Source of the DNA: Patellaria atrata CBS 101060
Lineage: Eukaryota
Length of the DNA stretch: 64,000 nucleotides
Assembly: GCA_010093705.1 (NCBI GenBank)
Contig: MU006092.1
Coordinates: forward strand, 626,623-690,622
Reading direction: 5' to 3'
How positions within the stretch are numbered: position 1 is the stretch's first letter; each line of letters begins with the position of its first letter. Of this stretch, positions 12,117-23,700 are shown one piece after another. The notes beneath the pieces were generated by a model. That model saw only the letters and a program-made list of their open reading frames with translations, had not been told where the DNA came from and made no database searches. A program made the position numbers and the translations under genes.

Positions 12117-14106
12117 TTACAAGCCTGGTGGTGGAGGAACCTTGACATTATTAGAAGGTGTACTTTCGTAATTGACAAAAAAAAGGCTACTTACTGCGCT
12201 GTATCCTCCCGGCGGTGACGCAGCTGGGGGTGGGGGTGGAGGAGGGGGGGCTTCACTCGGTGGTGGTGGTGGTGGAACAGAGCCAGGAGCACTTGGTGTC
12301 GTCGTTCCTGGGGCTGCACCCGCTTGCTGGCCATAGTACTGCTGATACAGTTGAACATACGCCTGATATCCACCGTATGCAGCATAAGGGTCTTGTCCGT
12401 TCGCGGCATAATACTGTGCATAGTAGGCCGAGTAGTCTGCGGGAGTGCTTGGTGTACCTGGAGCGGCAGTAGGACTCATGGCTGACGAATTTGGGGGAGA
12501 TTGTTGGGTCCCATATCCGCTGTAACCACCTCCATAGTTGTTCTGATTCCGATCGCGATCTCCACCATAGTTTCCGCGATCTTGGTTATAGTTATTACCG
12601 TATCCGCGATGCTGAGGTCCACGTTCCTTGAACTGTTCATATTGAGTTTTGACATTGGCCAAGAGATCCATACAAAGCTCCTTAGCTTTCTTGACTTGCT
12701 CAGGATCTGGACCACTGTATACTAATTAGCAAGAACACCTTGATGGTTATGCGAAAAAGCAACTTACGCGACATGGAGATACATGGGCTCATCGCTTTCA
12801 CGGTTTGTACCATGCTCCATGAAACCAGAATTACGACCTTTAATCTGAACCCTACAACGAGTCTCGCTTTGAATATGCTTCACATACGCTCCTTGATGAC
12901 CAACTACCTGTGCCCTAAGGTTAAAGCCGGGAATTGGCTCGAGATCGACCGTGATACGCTCTTCTGGCCATTTGCGCTACAAATAGTTAGTAAATGTCCG
13001 TAAGATATTTACCAGCCATTCATTTTTACCCTTCCAAGCTCATCTCGCTCGACTGTATCCTGCTCGCGTCTGCGGAATCGGCGTTCGTCGACGAGATTCG
13101 GGAGTTCCTGTTGCATGAGTTCCTCGATTTTCGCTATAGCCTTTTCGAGGCCTTCTTTCGTCGTACTCGTGACATGGAGGTAAAGCGGTGGGGACTATAA
13201 TCTGTAAGTAGTGGGCAGCATCTTGAAAGAGCTAGATACCTACAGCTGCAGTTGCCATAGTTTTATCTGGGTAGTATTCGCCCCTGGTAGTGACATCTTC
13301 ACTTGTATAAGCATCTAAATCCTAAAACAAATATATCAGGTGAGCGGGTAGCGTACCGGCGCCAGTTTCTTCTTTAATCTAAATGTCACACCGGTGAGGT
13401 CAGCAAGTGCAAAACGGGGATCGGAAAATGCTAGTAAGACACTATTGTGTGAGCTTCAGACATTCCCACAAACAAGCATTATAGACAATTAAATAAAAAG
13501 GGTGAACCTCTAAGTCTTCTCGTCCATCTACTTGACTGTGTTTACCAGCCGAGAGATGGGAGCAAGACTTTTGAAGGAATAAACAGTCCTGCGGGCATCA
13601 GTGGCTTTATAACAACAAAAATATTTACCATTTTTTGCGTGGAGCCTTTAGTCAGTGTGTAGCGATTTCTCAAGTCATTAACTTCTATATCCTTGATATA
13701 ATCGCCATCTTGCGTATAAACCTGACCATTGGTGTTGGACGAGGGGGGTTTGATGGTCGCGGAGGTCTAAGTAGACATACAATGTTAGCATCACCGTACA
13801 GCACAGATTAACAATTTCCACGTTACTTACTGATCGAATAGGTGGAACATCCACATGCTGTATCCCCTTCTTCGATTGAAGTGAAGCGTTGATTCTCGCA
13901 GCGGCTGCCGCTGCTGCTGCAGCTGGATCAGAACCTTTCCTTTCAGCTGTAGTAGCGGGACTACGAGAATCGCGGATAATAGGACTACGACTACGCCTTG
14001 ATTCGGATTTGCGTGATGATGGAGATCTTGAACGTCGATCGAATCTGCTAGCTCTCACAGGCTCGACCTGGTCGAACCGTGACCGTTTGCGGGGTTCCTC
14101 TCCCAT
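12117..14106 (-). CDS. KH-domain RNA-binding protein, KHDC4/BLOM7-like splicing-associated factor, multi-exon
   Basis: RS-rich N-terminus, AAAAAARINA, YIKDIEVNDLRNRYTLTKGSTQKM/IKEETGA/DVTTRGEYYPD, second KH with VVGHQGAYVKHIQSETRCRVQIKGRNSG, then a Tyr/Pro-rich tail ending VPPPPGL. Confidence 0.85.
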
Positions 14107-14450
14107 TATAAACTGCTATGGTAATAATAAGTGCTGCGTAATGAGAGTTTCAGAATCGTTCTGATTGACGCCGAGGTCAAATGTTGCCTAGGAAAAGAAA
14201 GAAGAAGTTATCGATCGTGAAAGTTTGTCCTAGTTTGCGGCTGCACGGTGAATTCCGCGAGCTTTATCCGACGGCTCGAGGACCGGGCTTGGCAGTTTGC
14301 TTCCGACCATCGGCTCGTGGCTCTCTGGGGAAAGTCTACGCTCTGAGTCCACATTTTCCCAAAACCCTCACCGTTCTTCAGTTTCCCATCCCATCGTCCC
14401 AATTCTTTCTCTACGACCTCAGCTGAAGTTTCTCGAGCTCAACCACCATA

Positions 14451-15501
14451 ATGGCTACCAGGCGAGCTCTCACAGCTCTGCCAAAACACACGCTCTTTCG
14501 CCCTATCGCTAGAAAATCACCGACCACCTTCAGATATCCAACGCAATGTCGACTTCAATCGACTTCCTCCTCGACCTCAGCAATGACATACAAAGCTACG
14601 CATCGTCGAGGAGCTCCCCCCTTACCTGTGTCTGACTCTCCCCCCACCTGGTCCGCCCAAGAAGCCGTTAGCAGCATCCTCTACGAGACACCACCACCCT
14701 CCTCCACACCACCCCAACGCCACGTCCTAAATTGCCTCGTGCAAAACGAGCCCGGTGTGCTCTCTCGCGTCTCCGGGATTCTCGCAGCCCGTGGCTTCAA
14801 CATCGACTCCTTGGTCGTATGCAACACCGAAGTAGAAGATCTCTCCCGCATGACCATCGTGCTGCAAGGCCAGGACGGCGTCGTCGAGCAAGCCCGACGC
14901 CAACTCGAAGACCTCGTCCCCGTGTGGGCGGTGCTCGATTACACCGCGGCGCCCCTCGTCCAGCGCGAACTCCTGCTCGCTAAAGTCTCGATCCTCGGTC
15001 CCGAGTACTTCGAAGAGCTGCTCGCGCACCATCGCGACATGGTCGCAGGCCCGGAAATAGCCGAAGGAGAGTCGGAAGGGCAACCTGATGCTGATGCTCA
15101 AGCCCGGGCAAAAGCCCAAGAGTCCCTCCGTCGCGATTTCCACCCTTCGAATTTGGCAGTCAGCCAGGCCCTGAGGCATAAGCACCAGCATCTGGACGCT
15201 ATCACGAAGCTAACGCATCAATTTGGAGGGAAGGTGTTGGATATCAGTACGAATAACTGCATCGTAGAGGTCAGCGCGAAACCTACGAGAATCGAGAGTT
15301 TCATGAAATTAGTTGCGCCATTTGGCATCTTGGAGAGCGCGAGGACAGGTGAGAAGTAACCCGAGAATCCTCACCATTCGTAGGCACTGATCAGATATAG
15401 GTCTTATGGCTCTTCCCCGTTCCCCACTTTACGGTCCTAATGAAGTCGAAGAGAAGGACGCCGAGGACGTCGTGGACCAAAGTACCCTCCCCCCAGGCTA
15501 A
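14451..15501 (+). CDS. ILV6: Acetolactate synthase small (regulatory) subunit, mitochondrial
   Basis: Presequence, then ACT domain HVLNCLVQNEPGVLSRVSGILAARGFNIDSLVV. One intron at about 15349-15400, ending GLMALPRSPL...LPPG-TAA. Confidence 0.96.
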
Positions 15502-15760
15502 AAAGAAAATAGACCTACAAAATTACGGGCGGAATAATCTGATGTCGTTCTCATCTAGAACAGGTGTTCGGAGTCGTTTTCATCGCGTATTTGTACATAA
15601 GTTCTAATTGAAGATCTGACGTTTATTATGCATAGTGATCATCAACGCTTGAAACTAGACCTCTTGCCACGATTCTCGCCTATGTAACTAGTATTTTCGT
15701 TACGAGTACCGCTCAATGGCTAATTCGCAAACTGTCCTCAAACACATTCCCTCTCACCTC

Positions 15761-16965
15761 TTATGGATGCTGCTGAAATAAGACCTCGTCTCCCTCAATG
15801 ATCTTCCCTTTATTAACCACAAAAGCCTCCAACGCGGCAATGGCTGCCCAGAGCCTATTCTCCGCCTCCGGAAACACCAAGCTCCTCTCACTATAGAACA
15901 CCTCGTCACTGACCTCCTCTGGATGTCTAGGCAAACAATGCATGAACTTCCATCCCGGCTTCGCGGCCCCTTTCTTCGCCATCTCATTCGTCACCTGGAA
16001 GCCCTCGAACGCCTTCAACCGCTTTGCCGATTCGTCCTCCTGTCCCATTGAGATCCAGGTGTCTGTAACAATGACGTCAGCATCTTTGACGGCGTCGAGG
16101 GGTGACGCGGTGGTGCGGAGCGAACCGGGGGTTGGGGACGAGGAGGCGGAGGAGTGGATTAGATCGGTCATGTTGTCTGGAATTTCGTAACCTTGGGGTG
16201 TTGCAACCGCTACATTAACACCCAGTTTGGCTGCTCCAATCGCCAGGTCGAATAGCACGTTGTTTGCGTCGCCTACCCAGGCGATGTTGAGGCCTTCGAG
16301 CCCTAGACCGGCGCGGCCGGCTGGGGATGAGGGGAGAGAGAACGCTTCATGCAGGGTTAGGAGATCGGCGATTGTTTGGAGGGGGTGGAAGTCGGAGGAG
16401 AGGGCGTTTATGATGGGAACGCTGGAGTGTTGGGCTAGAGAGACGACGTCGGAGTGGGGTCCTACGCGGGCGACGATGGAGGAGACCATGCTGGAGATTA
16501 CAGTTGCGGTGTCGCGGAGGGACTCGTTGACCTGGGATACTGTTAGTGGTGGAGGGGAAGATCAGATGGTAAGGGAAAATCAGATGGTAGGGGAAGATCA
16601 GATGGTAAGGGGGATCATACTCCTAACTGAATGTCATCCTTCCCCAGGAACATAGCATGTCCACCTAGTGTCGCTACAGCTCCTTCAGTCGAAACTCGAG
16701 TGCGGGTACTACGTTTGCTGAAGCTCATAGCTACAGTCTTCCCCGCTAGGGCACCCAGCAAGTTCCTAGGTATCAGCCCGGACTTGATGGCTTGTTTGTG
16801 TGATGCTGCATTTCTGACTAGAGCAGTGAGTTCTGAAGGTGTCAGATCTGCGATTGAAAGGAAGTGACGGGGTGCAAATGGTGAAATTGCATGGGAGGAG
16901 TATGTGCGGATCTGGGGTTTGATAATGGTGACGAGAGCTCGATTTGCGGGGCGAAATAGACGCAT
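15761..16965 (-). CDS. ARG3: Ornithine carbamoyltransferase, mitochondrial (argB ortholog)
   Basis: FSKRSTRTR carbamoyl-phosphate motif, HPLQ, GDANNV, DTWISMG, HCLPR and EAENR; intron 16532-16620. Confidence 0.97.
16554..16607. repeat. Three tandem 18-bp repeats (RGGGAARATCAGATGGTA) inside the OTC intron
   Basis: Units at 16554-16571, 16572-16589 and 16590-16607. Confidence 0.9.
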
Positions 16966-17078
16966 TGTAGGAAATTTGAGGGTGAAATAGATCAATTGAA
17001 ATTTTCAAGATTGAAAATATATATTTCTTTCTCATAAAATGAAGTTGAGATATGTTACATGGCTCCTATAAAACTTTG

Positions 17079-17087
17079 TTGACTCAT
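17079..17087. promoter_or_regulatory. Gcn4/CpcA (cross-pathway control) element TTGACTCAT upstream of OTC
   Basis: Near-perfect match to ATGACTCAT about 115 bp upstream of the OTC ATG; OTC is a classic Gcn4/CpcA target. Confidence 0.65.
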
Positions 17088-17421
17088 GTGTGCCTTAAAA
17101 GAAAATCTGGGGAACGATCAGCTGCAATCGATATCTTATCATTAGCCCGTGCCTGACGATGCTTGGCAGCGGCTTAGTTCGCTCAGGCCGGGTTCCCGTC
17201 TCAATGTGTCTAGTCGTCATACGAGTACTCTGTACGTCCTTAGGTAGTCCTACAGGATTCTAACACCTGTAAACCTATCTATACCTCTCATACATCCACT
17301 TGTTCTTCTTTCAAGCTACTATATACCCCCTCTCTTTCCATTAGACCTTCTTGTTTCTTTCTTGATGATGTGGTAACCTAGAAACAGCCCTCAACGACCA
17401 TCGTCAGCCGCCGCCGTAACC

Positions 17422-20400
17422 ATGGCTGAATCTCTAACTTGGGCTTCTACTAGAACGACTTCAAGACCTTCATCGAAGAAGTCGAGTAGATCGAACAAAT
17501 CGCATAATTCTAGTCCAAGCGAACAAACACCTCTCTTATCGCAAGAAACACCACATCACAGTGACGATGAGTCGGTACGCGACAGCCCACGCTCACCCGC
17601 CACCTCCGCCCTTCTACGAAACATAACCGGCACTACGCCGTCAAGTAAAAAGAGATTAAGAAGATGGCCAAGTTTTGTAGCACTGTTATTGTTGTGTATA
17701 GCTGTAATCCTTATTATGGCGCTGGGCTTCTTTGTCCCAGAAACCGTAGAGGAGTATGCCACCCAGGCCGTGGCTTTTGAACCCACGAGCTTGTCGATAG
17801 ATTCCTTCACGGATAATGGGGTCAGGGCGAGGGTGCAGGGTGATTTTTATATGGATGCTTCGAAGGTGCATAAGAAATCTGTTCGCGATATTGGGCGTTT
17901 TGGGACTTGGTTGGCGAAGGAAGTCGAGAGCGAGAAATCGAACGTCGAAGTGTATATGCCAGAGTATGGAAATGCAGTTTTGGGCACTGCCGTGGTCCCC
18001 GCTATCAAGGTTAATATTCGAAATGGGCACAAGACACACCTCGACTTCCTAACGGACTTGGAGCCGGGTTCGAAAGACGCCATAAGAAGAGTAGCAAGAG
18101 ACTGGATGGAAGGGAGAATAAGCTCTCTCAGCGTTCGTGGAAAGGCCACCGTACCTCTTAAATCTGGAATATTCAATTTGGGAAAGCAGACGATCGAACA
18201 GACTTTAGTGTTTAAAGGTATTCCTTTTGTTGCCATTATATGCGATGGGTCCACACTAACTCTTCTCTAAGGCGATGATGTTCCTGAACTTCCAGCTTAC
18301 AGTATCGGAAAAGTCAACATACACGAAGTTAATATTCCCGGTGCTGATAATGGCGTGGCCGCGGACGTGTCTGTTAAGATATCCAACGACTACCCCCTAG
18401 ATTTCCTCGTTCCCTCTATGAGCTTCTCGATATTAGTCGACAATTGCCTTCCTTCAGATCCTTACATCAGCGTCGCGGATGCGACCACAGCGGACATCCA
18501 CGTCCAGCCCAAGACAGATATCACGCTTAATGTGACGGGCATAGTTCGCCAGTTACCGGAGTCGTTGACAGCTGTATGTCCGGACTCGACCAATTCACCC
18601 CTCGATATGTTCATAAATGACTATATTCATGGTGAGGACACCACTATCTACGTCAAAGGATCAGACTCGCCGCACGAAGGGACCCCCCCTTGGATCACAG
18701 AGCTCATATCTGGTATCACTATTCCTGTACCATTCTCAGGCCACACTTTCGGGCACCTTATCAGAAACTTTTCCTTAACTGATGTCAATTTCCATTTACC
18801 AGACCCTTTCGCTGAGCCAGATACACCAGAAGCGCAGCCAAAGATATCAGCAAAGATCGACGTGCTTGTTGCACTTCCAGAGGAGATGAATTTCCCTGTG
18901 GATGTCGATCGTGTAAAAGCTAACGCAAATGTTTTCTATAACGACAGGAAACTCGGAGAACTCAATCTCAACAAGTGGCAGAAGGCCAATTCCACTCGGA
19001 TTGAGGGACATGGAGACGAACCGCCCACCCTAGAGGTACAATCCATCATCAAGAAAGTACCACTCGAAATCACAGACCAAGACGTTTTTACCGAGGTCTT
19101 GGAAGCTCTTCTTCTTGGTAGTAGTCCCGTGTTTCTAGCCATCAAGGCAGAGGTCGACGTAGAAATGGCGACAACGTTGGGCGCGTTTCCTGTGAGAAGG
19201 ATACCAGCGGAGGGTATAGTTCCTGTAAAGCGTTAGTCTCACTCGAATAGAATTTCTTTTCCTCACGTCGGTACGTTCGCGGTGAAAGGATATCGGCTAA
19301 TTCTAGCTTTGATAACACCAGCTATTGGAAAGGGAGATGGGAGCGACAAGGGGGGATTTCCGTCCGTGAAACTTAAAGTCGGCGAGCTAGAGATCGTTGA
19401 TACGACCAAGACGTCCATCACTCTGCAGGCCAAAGTCAATTTCACAAACCCTACGAAGTATACGGCGACGATTCCCTTTTTCGACATCGAGATGCTGGCA
19501 AACGACACAGTTCTTGGCCATGGCATCGTGAAGAATGCCACCGTAGTGCCCGGTTTCAATGAAAACATGGTCGTCACCGCAGTTTGGGATCCCTTTACCT
19601 CAAGCGGTGAGAATGGAACTTTGATTGGCAGGGAACTCTTGTCTCAGTATATCTCTGGTGTGTGGCGCCTAGGACTCATAAGCGTTTACTCATAGAGCGT
19701 CGTAATCGATTGGACTAGCGCTGACAATGCAACACAGGATACAATGCTACCATCACTGTCAAGACTCACAGCAAGTCAGTACCGGCACAACCGGCGTTAG
19801 GTCGGGCGTTGGAAAAATTTGCTGTTACGATGCCGATGCCGAAGCTTGGCGGCCACAAGAAGCCGGGTGGTGGCGACGGTGACGATGGAGATAGAGATGG
19901 GGACGATGGACCTACAAAGTTCATTCAAGATACCACGGTAAGAGAAATTTTTTAGTTCATTGGTTCTGATACTACGTTCGAAAATTTTTCAGCCCGTATT
20001 CGATCAGCCATGTCTGGGATTCGTAATCATGGGTATCTTCACTTTCTCACCGGCCTCTCATCCCGTTCAACAAGGTTCCCTAATTGAGAATTATTCTTTT
20101 CATCTTCGTTTCCGCTTTCCTTAACAGTTCGACGACGTTACGGTGGAGGTAAATGTCATGTCATGCATCACCCTCCTGTATCCTCTTTGTTCACCCTGTT
20201 CCTAACCGTCTTCTTACCCCCTATCAACTGCCCCTTCTCATTCTCCATGTCAAACTCTTCTTATCCTCTCTTCCCCAGTGATATCCATACCCCTTCCCTG
20301 TGCCCGTGTTCCCCCCCTTCCCCCCCGGTTTCCTTCAACCCCCATCCCCACACTAACCCCCACAGATGCACCTCCTAACTTCAACCGCCCTCTTTCACCT

Positions 20401-20704
20401 CCTCTCACCCCTGCGCACAACAACAATCTACCTAACCTCCCTCAATGCAACCGCATACTACGAATCCCATCCCGCCGGCCACATCCTCTACAACCTCCCC
20501 TTCGCCGTTCCACCCGGGCTCTCCGAGTCCCCGCGTCTCCCTGTTGACTGGAACCTCGGTAGCGTGGGATATGACGCTGTAAGGAAGGCGCTAGGCGGAA
20601 CGCTGAAGTTGGACGCGTTTGCGGAGGCCGGCGTGAGGATTGGGATGTGGAGGGAGGAAGTGTGGGTGAGGACGAAGGGGGTTGGGGCCAGGGTGAGGTT
20701 GTAG
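17422..20704 (+). CDS. Tag1-like single-pass vacuolar membrane protein (DUF3712 / LEA-like repeats; often annotated 'pre-rRNA processing protein')
   Basis: Cytosolic N-terminus with EQTPLL acidic dileucine motif, one TM (FVALLLLCIAVILIMALGFFV), long beta-rich lumenal region, ending GVGARVRL. Introns at about 18218-18271, 19233-19320, 19658-19737 and 19938-20365. Confidence 0.75.
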
Positions 20705-23700
20705 GTGTGGATGGGGAGCTTCGTGCTGGAGTTTACTAGGTGTAGATGTGTATGTGTAAGAAGAGTTGGGGCTGGGCGTTATGGTTTTTATATAGGAATT
20801 CTGATGGTGGGCGTTTAAATGCTTCATCGATGTGATTATGTATCGTTATATCGCAGATTGCATTGAAAGAGTCGTCATCGCGTACTGTACATGCTGTTGC
20901 AAACTCGATCCTCTAAACTCTTCTCACACTGCAGAACACATGATATCATGCTATCCCTACCCCTTCTATCCAGCATCGAAGTGATAATAAGGTAACATAC
21001 AAGCGGATATAACACAGTAGGGGGACAGTGATATGACAAACAGTATAGCGCGCGTAACTCAGGCTAAAATCCTCAATCAAATTAACAGATAGTTAATGGC
21101 CTGAACAATGGGTATTGCAGACGTCGGGCCCAAGTTAGATAGTTTATACACCACCTCCCGAGGATGTGCTAGGGATCATATTAGTATCTATTAAAGTTCC
21201 GAGAGGGTTTTGTGAGAAATACTGATATACTGATATGAATTCGGGCTGTAATACTGGTATACAGAGTTGGACTGGGGTGACGTTTAAAGGTAAGTTGCAA
21301 GATTGATGGGTGTGGGATAGGGATGGGATGGCTATAGAGATAGGTATGGTGGGACGTTCGGGGATTCGGGGGATTAATTGATACAATATGTGTATGTGTA
21401 TGTGTGTATCAGTTACTGTACTACAACCATAACTACTCTGTACTATACCTCCCCCCTCAGAACCCCCAGAATCTCAGACCTCAGGCTCTCACTCCCCTCC
21501 CGCGCTGATCCCACCCTATACTTCCCCCCACTTTCTTGTCTGTACTATATAACCCCCTTTTTCCCTTCCTCACTCCCCACTGCCACCCCCAACAGCCTGG
21601 CCAACCAGTCCAGCAATAGCATAGACACAACACTAGAAACAGATGATAAGCAAGAGATAAGACAAAGTCCCAGAGCGGAGGGCTTCCCCAGGTTGGTGGG
21701 AGAAGTAAGGGATGGATTGGTGTCGGGCGGATACGGCAGCGGAGGGTAAGGGCGGAGAAGAGGGGCGGGGAGTCCGGGAAAGGGGCCTCCAAGAGCACGG
21801 GGAAGATAGAGATGCTGGTGTAGCAGAAGGGGGTGGAACACGCATGGATTGATACAAGTTTGCGGAAGACGGGATAGCCGGGTGGGTGTGTATGATGGAT
21901 GTACTGTTTCTAGAGCACCTCGAACGAGATGGACAATGCTGTATTTCCAATTTTGGTATTCGGGTAATATGATGGTGAAATCAGACTAGTATTGCGTTCT
22001 GGAGAATAACGCAATGGCGAGCTACGCGCGGAAATTAGGGACGGTCCGCCGTTGTTCTTGGTTCGTAGGGTTCTCGAGCTGAGTGTATCTTATCATGTGA
22101 ATGTACTGTGACGATATGTACGTTGATGCGTTAAGTCACTGAGACAGCACTTCGGCGCGGATCCCGCCCTTTGGGTTAGCTTTCGGGTTCGCTATCTTTC
22201 TCTAGGCGACGAGGAGAAGGTGATTGTTACGGCGCGCTTTTTCGCATTATCTCGCCCCTTTGAAGATCAAAAGGTGTATTTTGATCAAGTGAGGGGCTCA
22301 TGCGAACTCGACTCGTCATACCTGGGGTTGTTCTGTTGTTGTGGAGTCGGTCCTTAGAAAGAGCTCGAGCGGGTATCGGCGTGTCGATATGCTGTGTCAC
22401 CGTTCTTAAACTCTATTTTTCAAATGTCTATCACTCTTCACGATATCATCGGAAGCACCACTGTTTGGTGAGATGCGTGAGAAACATATCTGTCAGACGT
22501 TGTGATACCCGCGCGCTTACGTTAGTCCTGGTCGGCGGCTGAAGACGGCTTACGGATACCATATATCTCCCTTCTGCTTTTAGAATGAACGTGCGGATAA
22601 GCGAATATTCGATTCCTTAACACTCTGCGTGATTAAAAGGATGCATAACTACATATCGTTGACTCGGTTCTACCTCCTAATTCGGATATGCAGTGTCACA
22701 TAAAGTGAATAACAACACGTCGCCCATCACAAGATTGTAGTTCTTACAACAGGAAAGGAAAGAAGACAAACCAAGAACAGAGGGATGAGAGCTTAGAGAG
22801 ATCTTGAGACTCAATTCTGAGCTGTGTGGACCCAAAATTAGATAGGCATTTGAGTCCAACTGTAAAAGGGGTTCGACGTTTTCTCTTGCCCTGTCATAGT
22901 ATACCAAGATTCCAATATTTCGAACAAGATTAATCTCCAGACATGGTCTTCGACTGAATGGTACAAATTAAAAATTCTGAAGGGTACGGAATGACTAAAT
23001 ATACAAAACGACCGGACTGTACAAAATAAGAACTGTAAAAACCCACTAGACTGTACGTAAATATCTATACCGTATACACGACACGAGAGTACCGATCCTC
23101 ATTCACTTACACTATAGGGAGCTGTCGATACTACAGTACTTGACTGTAGCCAGCACACTTCTATAAAATATACAACTACAGTAATTTGGTATTGTATCCC
23201 CAACGAGGAAAGGTGTAGTGGTGATATATGAGGTATATAGAAGCAAGAGTTGTATTTCCCCTTGGGTGATATTGCGGAGTAGATAGAGAAGGGAACAACA
23301 TAGGGATTAGGAGACCGATATATCCATCTACTAATGTATAATGACTATGGCTGATCATCCTCTCCGGATAAGAAAGTATGAGCGAGTTTATGACACTATT
23401 CTTTCTAGGACAGTGCTCGAGATGTCCTCGGAATAAAAGTTTGGTGAATATCCCCCGACGTATGAAAGTGCTCGATATTGAAATAAGAAGAATTCAACGG
23501 GTGTAGAGTTCCCCGAGTGACACACAAAAACTACATCCCAGTGATCTTATTTGTGAAAGAAATTCCTTGATCCTCAAAGTTGGGGTTGGTTTGCTTGACA
23601 CACCCAGAAGACTGAGACTTGTCTTTTTACGCCAACAAATACTGAAGGATGAGAGAATCCGGAAGGTCTCATCTCAAACCGGTCCTCCATCGGGTCGGAT

